Assembly (NCBI GenBank): GCA_963716725.1
Contig: CAVQUB010000012.1
Location: forward strand, 279,469 to 343,468
DNA: 64,000 nt
Origin: an uncultured delta proteobacterium
GTDB taxonomy: Bacteria; Myxococcota_A; Polyangia; Polyangiales; Polyangiaceae
Reading direction: 5' to 3'
The position numbers and the translations under genes are program-made. The stretch's first letter is position 1. Every line of letters begins with the position of its first letter. Shown here in pieces: positions 1 to 10,868 of this stretch. The notes beneath the pieces were generated by a model. The model did not search any database. It had not been told where the DNA came from and was given only the letters and a program-made list of their open reading frames with translations.

Positions 1-1434
<1,434 letters not shown>

Positions 1435-1467
1435 CGCAGGGTACTGCCTTCGGGCAATAGCTAGGAG

Positions 1468-1848
1468 ATGGACATGGGAGCGGGGATCGGGATCATCGTC
1501 ACTGTCGTCAGCCTGCTCTTCACGCTGGTGGTGATGGCGGGCGTGGGCTTCGTGATGTGGAAGGTGTTCGGCGGGCTGATGAAGCAGTCCCAGGAACGCC
1601 AGCGCCTGCTGACGACTGGCATGCCGGCCACTGGACGCGTGCTTCAACTCGCGGACACCGGCATGCTGGTGAACCACAACCCGCAGGTGCGCATCATCGT
1701 CGAGGTGCAGATGCCCGGTCGCCCGCCCTATCAGGCGGACACGACCATGGTCCTGTCGATGTTGGCGGTGCCTCGCGTGCAGCCCGGGTGCACGGTCAAC
1801 CTGCGCGTCGATCCGATGAATCCGGCCAGCATCGCGATCTTGATTTGA
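1468..1848 (+). CDS. Small membrane protein (N-terminal TM plus DUF3592-like beta domain)
   Basis: GGAG RBS; long hydrophobic N-terminus followed by ATGRVL...V.LRVDP pattern. Confidence 0.7.
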   Translation: MDMGAGIGIIVTVVSLLFTLVVMAGVGFVMWKVFGGLMKQSQERQRLLTTGMPATGRVLQLADTGMLVNHNPQVRIIVEVQMPGRPPYQADTTMVLSMLAVPRVQPGCTVNLRVDPMNPASIAILI

Positions 1849-1875
1849 CGCCGCACGGCCCGCGTCGGGCCGCGC

Positions 1876-3249
1876 CTACCCCGCCCGCAGGTGGTACGCC
1901 TTGGGCTTCGTGAACGCCTCGATGCCGTAGCTCGAGAGCGTGCAGCCGATGCCGGAGTGACCGCGGCCCGACCAGGGCAGGCGCGGGCTCACTCGGTCGC
2001 AACAGTTCCAATACGCGGTGCCGACGTCGAGTTCGCTCAGGATGGCCTCGGCTCGCGTACGGCTCGCGGAGTAGACCGCCGCGGTGAGTCCGTATTCGGT
2101 GTCCGCCATCAGCTCTCGGGCGGCCACGTCCGAGGGGACCTTCATCAGGCCGATGACGGGGCCAAAGGACTCGTCGCGCATGACAAGCATGTCGTGGGTG
2201 ACGTCGACCAGCACCGTCGGCTCGAAGAAGAAGCCGGGTCGGTCGGCCTTGCGCCCTCCCGTGAGCAGCTTGGCCCCGCGGCGCAGCGCATCGGCGATCT
2301 GGTCTTCGAGGGTAGCCAGGGCGAGCTCGCGCCGGGCGAGTGGTCCGATGTAGGTGTCGGGATCGGTCGGATCGCCGAGCACGAAGGCCTTCACCACCGC
2401 AGTAAACTCCCGCACGAAGGGATCCCAGATGGATTCGTGGACGTAGACGCGCTCGACGGCGCAGCAGCTCTGCCCGGTGTTGTAGAAGGCGCCGTCGGCG
2501 GTGGCCGCGGCGGCTTGCTTCGGATCCACGTCGTCGCACACATAGGCCGGATCCTTGCCGCCGAGCTCGAGCTGAAGCCGAATCATGCGGTGCGCGAGCG
2601 CCTGCGCGATGCGAGCGCCGGTGGCGTGCGAGCCCGTGAAGAAGGCGCCATCGACCCGCTGCTCGATCAGCGCGGCCCCCACACTGCCGCCGCCGATGAC
2701 GCTCACGAAGGCGTCGTGGGGGACCCCCGAGTCGTGCAAAGCCTGCTCGATGCCGAGCCCCGTGAGCGTCGCGTATTCACTCGGCTTGTACAGCACCGAG
2801 TTCCCGGTCAGCAGCGCCGGCACGAACACGTTGGCGCCGACGAAGAAGGGGTAGTTCCAGGCGCTGACGTTGGCGACGACGCCCAGCGGTTCGTGGCGGA
2901 TGCGCTCCTCGGTGCCGCCGGCGTCGGCCGTGGCCACGATCTCGTCCTCGATCTCGGGCCCGGTGTGGTCCAGGAAGAAGTCGATGCGAGCGCCGAGCGC
3001 GCCGAGCTCGTTTCGTGACTGCGCGAGCGGCTTACCCACTTCGCTCGTGAGCGTGAGCGCGAGGGCTTCGCGCCGCTCGGCGATCGTGTCGCGGAAGCGT
3101 CTCAGATGGTCGGCTCGGATCGGAAACGGTGTCTGGGCCCACGCTCGCTGCCCGCGCCGTGCTCGGGCCACCTTTTCGGCCACCGAGTCCCGCGTATCCT
3201 CGCCGATCTCCTCCAGCGTTTGCCCAGTCGCAGGGTTGACGATGCGCAT
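1876..3249 (-). CDS. Aldehyde dehydrogenase family protein
   Basis: NPATG, WNYP, FTGS, ELGGKDP, catalytic GQSCCAVER, ESFGPV. Confidence 0.95.
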   Translation of the reverse strand: MRIVNPATGQTLEEIGEDTRDSVAEKVARARRGQRAWAQTPFPIRADHLRRFRDTIAERREALALTLTSEVGKPLAQSRNELGALGARIDFFLDHTGPEIEDEIVATADAGGTEERIRHEPLGVVANVSAWNYPFFVGANVFVPALLTGNSVLYKPSEYATLTGLGIEQALHDSGVPHDAFVSVIGGGSVGAALIEQRVDGAFFTGSHATGARIAQALAHRMIRLQLELGGKDPAYVCDDVDPKQAAAATADGAFYNTGQSCCAVERVYVHESIWDPFVREFTAVVKAFVLGDPTDPDTYIGPLARRELALATLEDQIADALRRGAKLLTGGRKADRPGFFFEPTVLVDVTHDMLVMRDESFGPVIGLMKVPSDVAARELMADTEYGLTAAVYSASRTRAEAILSELDVGTAYWNCCDRVSPRLPWSGRGHSGIGCTLSSYGIEAFTKPKAYHLRAG

Positions 3250-3294
3250 GGCGGGTTCATATCACGCCGCTGACCACCGGTCGCGAGCCGGAGT

Positions 3295-3768
3295 ATGCTG
3301 TGCGTCGTGCCGCCAACCTTCGACCAAGTCTGCCGGGCGACGCGAGCGGAACTCGAAACGCTCTACGCCGAGCAATGCCCGGTCGCGATTCCGACGGGTG
3401 TGTGGAGGGGCCGGCACCTGATGTGGCTCGACACCGAGGCCGCGCGCCATCCCATCTTGCGCCCGCTGGAGGAGCTCGTGTTCGCGCGCCTGCCCTGGAG
3501 TATCGACTTCGATCGCCGGCGCTGGTTCTGGCTGGGCATGCCGATCGGGGTCGGACACTTCAGTCCGAGCGCCGGGCCCTCGCGCTGGCGAGACGCTGAG
3601 ACGCTTCGCCTTTTGTACGACGACCGAGCGCTGCCGGGGTTCGTGAATCAGTTCTTGTACGACGAGGTCAAGCCGCTCTCGGACGATCTCTGCCTGGGAC
3701 TCGGCGGGATCTCCGCGGGGCGCGGCAAGGGCGAGCAGTTCTTCTTCGCGCTCACCCGCAGCGACTGA
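3295..3768 (+). CDS. Hypothetical protein (GxWxG motif; probable small beta-barrel)
   Basis: Fills the gap between neighbouring genes with protein-like composition; GVWRG, LYDEVK, LCLG, FFAL. Confidence 0.65.
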   Translation: MLCVVPPTFDQVCRATRAELETLYAEQCPVAIPTGVWRGRHLMWLDTEAARHPILRPLEELVFARLPWSIDFDRRRWFWLGMPIGVGHFSPSAGPSRWRDAETLRLLYDDRALPGFVNQFLYDEVKPLSDDLCLGLGGISAGRGKGEQFFFALTRSD

Positions 3769-3785
3769 ACTTCGGCGGAAGGGGC

Positions 3786-4538
3786 TCAACGCTGGGCGCG
3801 CGCCGCGAGCACGGCGTCCGCGACGATTCGACCGAGCACGGCGATGGTCGCGCGTCCTTCTTCCGCGGTCGCGCCCGACGGCGAGCCGAAGTAGGCGCGA
3901 TCGCCGCCCGCCGCTTCGAAGCTGGTCAGCCCCTCGCGGATGGCTCGCGACAAGCTGGCGGGGTTGTCCGGGAGCGACCGCGCGAGGTCCTGGTTCACCA
4001 GGTCGGGGCGCTCGGCCAACACCATCGAACCCTCGTACTGGCCCGCATGACACGCGCCGCTCTTGAACTCGTCTGTGAGGCGGAGCGCCCACGGCTTGCG
4101 AGTGACGTCGGGGAACACGACCTGGGTCTTTCCCGCGAGCGCTTCGACGGCAGCGCAGAGCGAGCCGATGTGGTTGGGCTCGAGGTGCGCGTTGGCGAGA
4201 ACGAGCCGCGAGAGGCCGTGGCTGGCCAGGGCCTCGGCGATGTCGACGACCAGCGCTGTGACCGTCTCGGGGCGGACCGAAATCGTGCCCGCGAAGCCCG
4301 CGGCGTAGCCCGCCGAGGTGTAGGCCAGCGGCGGCGCCACCAGCGCGCGCACGCCGTGGACAGCGAGCTCCTCGCATCCAGCGAAGGCCATGGACTCGGC
4401 GATGATCACGTCGGTGGAGAGCGGGAGGTGCGGGCCGTGCGCCTCCGTGGCGCCCACCGGGAGGATCACCCAAAGCTCGTGTTTGTCCAGATCGCGCAGC
4501 GTCTCCCAAGTGAGATCCGCCAGGCGCGACACGCTCAC
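3786..4538 (-). CDS. Creatininase family amidohydrolase
   Basis: LPVGATEAHGPHLPLSTD, NAH, HAGQYEGS; GTG start overlaps the esterase stop (GTGA); the track ORF is over-extended. Confidence 0.9.
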   Translation of the reverse strand: MSVSRLADLTWETLRDLDKHELWVILPVGATEAHGPHLPLSTDVIIAESMAFAGCEELAVHGVRALVAPPLAYTSAGYAAGFAGTISVRPETVTALVVDIAEALASHGLSRLVLANAHLEPNHIGSLCAAVEALAGKTQVVFPDVTRKPWALRLTDEFKSGACHAGQYEGSMVLAERPDLVNQDLARSLPDNPASLSRAIREGLTSFEAAGGDRAYFGSPSGATAEEGRATIAVLGRIVADAVLAARAQR

Positions 4539-5326
4539 GACACCTTGCCGACGCGCTCGGCGAACTCGGCGATCTGCTCGACCAAGAGATCGAAGTCGTG
4601 GTCGAGGGTCGCGACGTGATACGAGCGCGGCAGCACGAGTTCGGTGGCGAAGCCGCTCGGCAGCATCTCGATCAGCGCGCGGGAATTCTGGGGCGGGACG
4701 CTGTGATCCTCGGGCGAGTAGGCCACCAGCACCGGCAGCTTCAGCGCTTCGACGCCGCGGCGGATCCGCGGAAGCTGCTTCAAGAACGAGTTGCCGGATT
4801 TCGTCGGCAGCGTGTCGTAGGCTTTCTCGTCGCCACCTTTGGCGATGTCGTTCTTGATCAGACCCCCGAGCGATGCCGGCACGACCGGCAGCAAGTGCTC
4901 GAGCACGGGCGCCGCCTTGGCCAACGCGCCCTCCCGGTCGAGGACGGTGCAGTTGATGGGGACCACACCGGCGACTCTGTCCGGGCGCGCGCAGGCGACG
5001 TCGAGCGCAATCGTTCCACCCATGCTCAGGCCCGAGAGCACGACCCGCTTGCCGCGCTGCAACAGGTCGCTGAGCGCGCGGTCCATCTCCCAGCGCCAAT
5101 CGCCGTAGCGCGTGGCGGCCATGTCGCGCCAGTGCGTGCCGTGGCCCGGCAGGCGGATCACCTCGACGGCAAAGCCTCGGGCGGCCAGCGCTTCGCCCAG
5201 GGGACGAGTGGCCGTCGGGTTGCCGGTGAAGCCGTGGCTCACGACGATGCCGATGTCGGATCGCGCGCCGGAGCCCGGCGACGACCAGGCCTCGGCTCCA
5301 GGCAGGACGGGAAATCGTTCGGACAT
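4535..5326 (-). CDS. Alpha/beta hydrolase, carboxylesterase/monoacylglycerol lipase type
   Basis: HGFTG, LPGHG, nucleophile GLSMGG, EDHSV, SYHVATLD. Confidence 0.92.
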   Translation of the reverse strand: MSERFPVLPGAEAWSSPGSGARSDIGIVVSHGFTGNPTATRPLGEALAARGFAVEVIRLPGHGTHWRDMAATRYGDWRWEMDRALSDLLQRGKRVVLSGLSMGGTIALDVACARPDRVAGVVPINCTVLDREGALAKAAPVLEHLLPVVPASLGGLIKNDIAKGGDEKAYDTLPTKSGNSFLKQLPRIRRGVEALKLPVLVAYSPEDHSVPPQNSRALIEMLPSGFATELVLPRSYHVATLDHDFDLLVEQIAEFAERVGKVS

Positions 5327-5403
5327 GCGCGCAGCATAGTGGGCAACGGGCGCGTCGGTCCACGCACTTGACCGCGCGCGCCGTCGGTCGTTTCGTGGCC
5401 CGC

Positions 5404-6948
5404 ATGAACGTCGAGCTGCCCGAGAAGCTCAACATCGCTGACCGCTTCCTGTTCGAGCGGGTCCGGGAAGGCCGCGGCGACAAGATTGCGCTGATCGCCG
5501 GCGACCGGCGGCTGACCTACGCGGAGGTAGAGCAGGGCGCGAATCGCTTTGCCAATCTGCTGAAGGAGCTCGGCGTCGACCCCGAGCAGCGCGTCTTGAT
5601 CGCGCTGCCGGATATCCCGGAGTTCGTTCTCGCGCTTTTCGGCACCCTGGCCAACGGCTCCGCCGTGGTGATGGTGAACTCGCTGCTCAAGGCCGACGAG
5701 ATCGCCTACTTCTACGAGTACACCCGGGCGAAGGTCGCGGTGGTGCACGCCGATCACGCCGAAGCGTTCCTCGCAGCCGGCGTCGGCGCCCGCGACCTGA
5801 GGCAGGTGCTCGTGGTGGGCGGCGCTCCGGGCTCCGGCAAGGCGCGTTCGTTCGAGGAGCTGCTCGCGGCCAGCAGCGATCGCCACGAGACCTACCCGAC
5901 CCACCGCGACGATCCGGCCATCTGGTTGTTCTCGGGGGGAACCACCGGGCGCCCGAAGGCCGTGCTCCAGACCCACGGGTCATTCGCAAATACCACGGAA
6001 CTCTACGCCAAGGGCGTGCTGGGCTACTCCGCGAGCGACATCACCCTCAGCGTGCCCAAGCTCTATTTTGGCTACGCGACCGGCTCGAACCTGCTGTTCC
6101 CGTTCTCGGTCGGCGGGGCGAGCATCCTGTTTCCGGAACGCTGTACCGCGGACCTGCTCTTCGAACAGATCCGCCGCCATCGGCCGACGATTCTGATCAA
6201 CGTGCCGACCATGGTGAACAGCATGGTGAGCCACGCGGCGGCCAGCGCGCAGGATCTGTCTTGCCTGCGCATCGCGACGTCGGCCGGAGAGGCGCTGCCG
6301 GTCGACCTGTACGATCGTTGGAAGAGCACCTTCGGCGTCGAGTTGCTGGACGGGCTCGGTACCGCGGAGATGTGGCACGTGTTTCTGACGAACCGGCCGG
6401 GTGACGTCGCCCCGGGCACCCTTGGCAAGGTCGTGCCGGGCTTCGATGTGCGCGTGCGCGACGACGACGGTCGCGACCTGCCCGATGGCGAGGTCGGTTG
6501 GCTGTGGGTGCGCGGCGGGTCGCGCGCCATTGCGTACTGGCAGAACATGGAGAAGACGCAGTCTGCCTTCCGCGGCGAGTGGTACGTCTCCGGCGACATG
6601 GTCCGCCGCGATGCTCGAGGGAACTTCGTCTACTGCGGGCGCGGCGACGACATGCTGAAGGTGGGCGGCAAGTGGCTCTCTCCGGGCGAGGTCGAGAACT
6701 GCCTGTCGGCGCATCCGGCGGTCAAGGAGGTCGCGGTCGTGGGCGTCCCCGACGAGAACGGCTTGGTCAAGCCCCACGCCTACGTCACGGTGCACGAACA
6801 GAGCGGAGGCCTCGGCGACGAGTTGCGGGCCTGGGTGCGCGGGAAGCTCGAGCCGTACAAGGCGCCGCGCGAGATCATCTTCGTCGAGTCGATGCCGCGC
6901 ACGCACCTCGGCAAAATCGATCGCGGGCTCTTGCGCCGCGGGAGTTGA
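5404..6948 (+). CDS. Benzoate-CoA ligase family acyl-CoA synthetase
   Basis: FSGGTTGRPK, KLYFGYATG, SAGEALP, DGLGTAE, GRGDDMLKVGG, PRTHLGK. Confidence 0.9.
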   Translation: MNVELPEKLNIADRFLFERVREGRGDKIALIAGDRRLTYAEVEQGANRFANLLKELGVDPEQRVLIALPDIPEFVLALFGTLANGSAVVMVNSLLKADEIAYFYEYTRAKVAVVHADHAEAFLAAGVGARDLRQVLVVGGAPGSGKARSFEELLAASSDRHETYPTHRDDPAIWLFSGGTTGRPKAVLQTHGSFANTTELYAKGVLGYSASDITLSVPKLYFGYATGSNLLFPFSVGGASILFPERCTADLLFEQIRRHRPTILINVPTMVNSMVSHAAASAQDLSCLRIATSAGEALPVDLYDRWKSTFGVELLDGLGTAEMWHVFLTNRPGDVAPGTLGKVVPGFDVRVRDDDGRDLPDGEVGWLWVRGGSRAIAYWQNMEKTQSAFRGEWYVSGDMVRRDARGNFVYCGRGDDMLKVGGKWLSPGEVENCLSAHPAVKEVAVVGVPDENGLVKPHAYVTVHEQSGGLGDELRAWVRGKLEPYKAPREIIFVESMPRTHLGKIDRGLLRRGS

Positions 6949-6951
6949 GCC

Positions 6952-7326
6952 ATGCCCCGGCTGATTCATCACATCGCGATCGGTGTTCGTGACGTCGAGA
7001 GGGTGGCGCGTTTTTACCGTGAGGCATTCGGACTCCCGGAGGTCGCGCGACACTTCACCCAGACTGGCGCCCTACGTTCCATCTGGCTCGACAGCGGTCA
7101 GACTATCGTGATGGTCGAACGGACCGAAGAGCCGGCGCGCGAGGTGGCTGGCGTAGGGGTCGGGCCGTTCTTGCTCGCGTTCAGCGTCGAGGCTTCCGAG
7201 CGCGAGGCGCTCGAACGCGCACTGGAGCGCGCGGGTGCCGTCGTCGAACAACGCACCGAGCACAGCTCTTACGCGCGGGATCCCGAAGGCAACCGCGTCG
7301 CGATCAGCCACTATCCGAGGCCCTGA
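6952..7326 (+). CDS. VOC/glyoxalase family protein
   Basis: IHHIAIGVRD..R...FY, RDPEGNRV. Confidence 0.85.
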   Translation: MPRLIHHIAIGVRDVERVARFYREAFGLPEVARHFTQTGALRSIWLDSGQTIVMVERTEEPAREVAGVGVGPFLLAFSVEASEREALERALERAGAVVEQRTEHSSYARDPEGNRVAISHYPRP

Positions 7327-7733
7327 TGGAAAAGGATCTCAGCGAACTCAACCTGCTCTCGATCTTCTTCTTCGTGATGGCCGCGCTGGCTGCGCTGGCG
7401 GGATCGATTCCGGTGGTGCACCTGACCATCGGACTGAAGATGGTCTACGACCCGGCGTTCTTGGGGGGTGGGGGCGCCGCGCCGCCCTTCAATCCCGGTT
7501 GGGTCTTCGTGGGGGTAGGCGCGCTGATGATCGTGGTCGGCTGGAGCATGGCGTTCTTGATGGTCTTCACCGGGCTCTCGCTGCGTTCGCAACGCCGGTA
7601 CTGGCTGTGCTTCGTGGTGGCCTGCATGATTTGTTTGAACGTGCCCCTGGGCACGGCGCTCGGCGTCTTCACGATCTTGGTGCTCAACCGCGCGTCCGTG
7701 AAGGCGCGCTTCGGAGTGGGGCAAGTCGGATAG
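7326..7733 (+). CDS. Hypothetical membrane protein
   Basis: 3-4 hydrophobic segments; PLGTALGVFT motif; coupled to the upstream stop. Confidence 0.75.
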   Translation: MEKDLSELNLLSIFFFVMAALAALAGSIPVVHLTIGLKMVYDPAFLGGGGAAPPFNPGWVFVGVGALMIVVGWSMAFLMVFTGLSLRSQRRYWLCFVVACMICLNVPLGTALGVFTILVLNRASVKARFGVGQVG

Positions 7734-7741
7734 CAGTCTGG

Positions 7742-8755
7742 CTACTTCGAGCCGAAATCCGGGTTCGGCGGCGCCTTTGTCTTCTTCTGTGGCATCGGCT
7801 CCTTCTGCTGCTCGAAGTCGATGGAGGAACCCTTCTCGGGCGCCAGCTTCTTGATCTCGGGCGGCGGGGGCTTCGGTGGGGAGATTGGCTCGAAGCTGTT
7901 GCCCTTCATGGGCGCTGTATTTTGCGGCGCAGGTGCGGGCGGCGCGGCGCTCGACGATGGTTCTGACGGTGGCACGGCGCTGGGCGCCGGCGCGAGGCCG
8001 CGTGCCGCGGCGGCGCGGGCTTCTTGGATCGCCGTCGCCTGGTCGCCCACGGGATCGATGGCCTTCGCTCGGTCCAGCCCTTCGATGCACTTCACGAATT
8101 CTCCGGATTGGCAGCCCTCGAGGGCGACGCGGCGAAGTTCGCGGACCTTTTCGTCAGGCGGAACCTCCCGCGCGATCTCTTCGGGGATCGCCTGGTCGCG
8201 AGTCTGGAGCCACGCCCAAATCGCCAGGCCGGCCAACGTGATCGTGGCGGCCGCAGCCAACTGCGCGGCCCAGCGCGAGCGGAAGTATTTGCGCATGCGC
8301 GACACACGCTGCCGTACCCGCGGCGCGGGCAGCTCGGCTTCCTCGGCGATGTGCTCGAGCTTCTCGCCGTCGCCTTCACGCAACATCCACTCCAACGTGC
8401 TCTTGGCGTCGTCGGCCTCGGGCAGCTCTTCTTCTGCCCAGCGCAACAGATCGCGCGCGCTCATCGGTGCGCTCTCCGCGGCTGCCTCGTCGGCGACTCG
8501 TTCTCGGGGCAGCTCCCTGCCGCCGCGCCGGTGAACGTCGACGACTTTGTGCTTCGCGATGCCAAATACCCAACGTCGGAGCTCCTCGGCCTCTTCGGGG
8601 GCATCGCGAGCGGCGAAGGCGTCGGCGAGCGTGGCTTGAACCACGTCCTCCACGTCGGACTCGGCGACGCGACCTCGAATGAAACGCACGAGGCCCGATC
8701 GGAGCTCGGGCGCGGACAGAAGGGCTCCACGGGCGGGGGTCGCGGGCATGGCCAT
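7742..8755 (-). CDS. ECF sigma factor with fused TM helix and extracytoplasmic Pro-rich C-terminal extension
   Basis: Region 2 VEDVVQATL..A, WVFGIAKHKVVD; region 4 EHIAEEAELPAPRVRQRVSRMR; then TM LAAAATITLAGLAIWAWL; start approximate. Confidence 0.8.
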   Translation of the reverse strand: MAMPATPARGALLSAPELRSGLVRFIRGRVAESDVEDVVQATLADAFAARDAPEEAEELRRWVFGIAKHKVVDVHRRGGRELPRERVADEAAAESAPMSARDLLRWAEEELPEADDAKSTLEWMLREGDGEKLEHIAEEAELPAPRVRQRVSRMRKYFRSRWAAQLAAAATITLAGLAIWAWLQTRDQAIPEEIAREVPPDEKVRELRRVALEGCQSGEFVKCIEGLDRAKAIDPVGDQATAIQEARAAAARGLAPAPSAVPPSEPSSSAAPPAPAPQNTAPMKGNSFEPISPPKPPPPEIKKLAPEKGSSIDFEQQKEPMPQKKTKAPPNPDFGSK

Positions 8756-8775
8756 CGGTGATGATCCTGGGCTGG

Positions 8776-8802
8776 CATCGCCGGTGGAAGGATTTCTGTG
8801 AC
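8776..8802 (-). promoter_or_regulatory. Putative ECF-type autoregulatory promoter
   Basis: GTCACA-N16-CGATG ending ~20 bp before the ECF start; spacing typical of ECF -35/-10 elements. Confidence 0.3.
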
Positions 8803-8849
8803 GGCTAGCGGCGGCGGTGGCGTAAGCTATGGAGGTCCCGAGGGATTTC

Positions 8850-9557
8850 ATGCCTCGCCGCTCCGCGCCGCCCCTCGCCGCTGCCCTCCGTCGGGCCCTC
8901 CGTCGGGTCGCCGACCCCGAGCGGGCCCTCGCCATGCAGGCCTACATGAAGTCGGCGATGCCTTTCCTCGGGGTGGGCAGCCCGCCGCGCCGCGCCGCGG
9001 TCCGAACCTGCCTCGCCAATCATCCCGTGCACGATGCTGCCGAGCTTCAGCGCGTGGTCATCGACCTGTGGGACAGGGCGCGCTTCCGCGAGCAGCGCTA
9101 CGCGGCCATCGACGTCCTGCTGCACGCGCGTCATCGGCGGTTCGTGTCCTACCGGAGCCTGCCCTTGATCGAGAAGCTCGTTACCGAAGGAGCGTGGTGG
9201 GACTTCGTGGACGGACTCGCGGCGCACGGCCTGGGCGGCTTGTTGCGCGATGAGCCCGCGAAGATGAAACGGGTGCTGCACCGCTGGTCCCGCGCCAGAG
9301 GTCTTTGGAAGCGGCGCGCGGCTCTGTTGGCTCAGCTTCGCTTCGGCGCCGACATCGATCTCGATCTCTTGTACTCGTGCATCGATGATAACCTCCAGCA
9401 CCACGACTTCTTCATCCAGAAGGCCATTGGGTGGGCCCTGCGAAGCCACGCTTGGACGGATCCGAAGGCAGTGCGTCGTCACGTCGCAAGTCTCGGTGCG
9501 AGACTGTCCCCGCTCGCTCGGCGCGAGGCGCTGAAGAACGTCGGAGACAAACCATGA
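8850..9557 (+). CDS. DNA alkylation repair protein (AlkD-like family)
   Basis: AYMKS..PFLGV, WWDFVD, W.RRAALL.QL, FFIQKAIGWALR, LSPLARREA. Confidence 0.88.
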   Translation: MPRRSAPPLAAALRRALRRVADPERALAMQAYMKSAMPFLGVGSPPRRAAVRTCLANHPVHDAAELQRVVIDLWDRARFREQRYAAIDVLLHARHRRFVSYRSLPLIEKLVTEGAWWDFVDGLAAHGLGGLLRDEPAKMKRVLHRWSRARGLWKRRAALLAQLRFGADIDLDLLYSCIDDNLQHHDFFIQKAIGWALRSHAWTDPKAVRRHVASLGARLSPLARREALKNVGDKP

Positions 9558-10819
9558 CCTCTGCCCCGAAGGACGAGTGGCTGGTCGAGCAACTGGTCGT
9601 TGGCGGCGACGGCATGGCGCGTCTCGTTGACGGTCGCGTGGGCTTCGCGACGGGGGCGTTTCCAGGCGACCGCCTGCGCGCCGAGCGCGTCACGAATCAC
9701 AAGACCTGGGTACGCGCCGACGAGTGGACCTTGCTCGCGCCGTCGCCCGACCGGGTGGCTCCGCCCTGTCCTGTGGCCAATGAGTGTGGCGGTTGCGACT
9801 GGATGGCGCTGTCTCGGTCGGCCCAGTTGCTGGGCAAGGCGTCCCTGGTTCGCCAAGCGTTGCGCCGCGCGGGTGGGCTCCAGGACCTGCCCGAGGAGGT
9901 GCCCGTTCGCAGCGAGGGGCCGGACCTCGGCTATCGGAATCGACTTCGCCTGCACGTCGATCGCGGCGGGCGCGTCGGCATGTTCGCCCGCGCGTCCCAC
10001 GACTTGGTGGAGATCCCCAGTTGCGCCGTGAGCGATCCCAGCGCCAGCCGAGCGCTACAACGGATCCGCGAGCTCGCCCCGCCGGGTGCCCTCGCGCGCT
10101 GGAAGGAGATCGAGATCCGGGTCGCGCCGATCGGTCCTCCGGTGTCTGTGTGGCTCATGCCGCGCGAGCAACGCGCAGCGACGGCGCACGAGCGAGAATT
10201 GCTCGCCTCGTTCAACGGCGAGTGGCTCGCAGTGGAAGCTGGCACCGCAGGCGAGGACCAGCGCTGGCCGTTGCCGGGCGAGGTGGAGCTCCGGGTGCCA
10301 CCGGGCGGATTCGTGCAGGTCAACTCCGCGGTCAACTTCGACCTCGTGTCGGAGCTCTTGGTCGGCGTGAAGCAACGCGGCATCTCCACCTTCATCGAGC
10401 TGTACGCCGGCGCCGGAAATTTCACCCTGCCGCTGCTGCGCGCTGGGCTTCGTGGGGTCGCCATCGAGCGAGCCGGAGCCAGCATTCGCGCAGCCCGACG
10501 TGCGGCCCGAGCCCAAGACCTGAGCGACGATGCGTTCGTCGCAGGTGATGGGCCCCGCGAACTCCTGCGTCGAGGCAAGCCTGCGCCCGATCTCGTGCTG
10601 CTCGATCCGCCGCGCACGGGCGCGCGGGATGCCGTCGATCCGCTGCTTCGGGCGGCGCCCCGCTTCATCGCGTTCTGCGCCTGCGATCCGGCCACGTTGG
10701 CCCGCGACGTGAAGGCCCTTTCCACCGGTTATTCGCTGGAGTCCGTCACGGCCTTCGACATGTTCCCCCACACGCACCACGTCGAAACGCTGCTCTGGCT
10801 TCGACGGAACGAACCCTAG
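9554..10819 (+). CDS. rlmD: 23S rRNA m5U methyltransferase (RlmD/TrmA family)
   Basis: TRAM-like N-terminus, Fe-S motif CPVANECGGC, YRNR, FVQVN, ELYAGAG, LDPPRTG, CDPATLARD, DMFPHTHHVE. Confidence 0.85.
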   Translation: MTSAPKDEWLVEQLVVGGDGMARLVDGRVGFATGAFPGDRLRAERVTNHKTWVRADEWTLLAPSPDRVAPPCPVANECGGCDWMALSRSAQLLGKASLVRQALRRAGGLQDLPEEVPVRSEGPDLGYRNRLRLHVDRGGRVGMFARASHDLVEIPSCAVSDPSASRALQRIRELAPPGALARWKEIEIRVAPIGPPVSVWLMPREQRAATAHERELLASFNGEWLAVEAGTAGEDQRWPLPGEVELRVPPGGFVQVNSAVNFDLVSELLVGVKQRGISTFIELYAGAGNFTLPLLRAGLRGVAIERAGASIRAARRAARAQDLSDDAFVAGDGPRELLRRGKPAPDLVLLDPPRTGARDAVDPLLRAAPRFIAFCACDPATLARDVKALSTGYSLESVTAFDMFPHTHHVETLLWLRRNEP

Positions 10820-10868
10820 CCTCCGAGCGGTCGACGAAGCGCGTCGTCTCGGGCACTATGCGCCCCCC

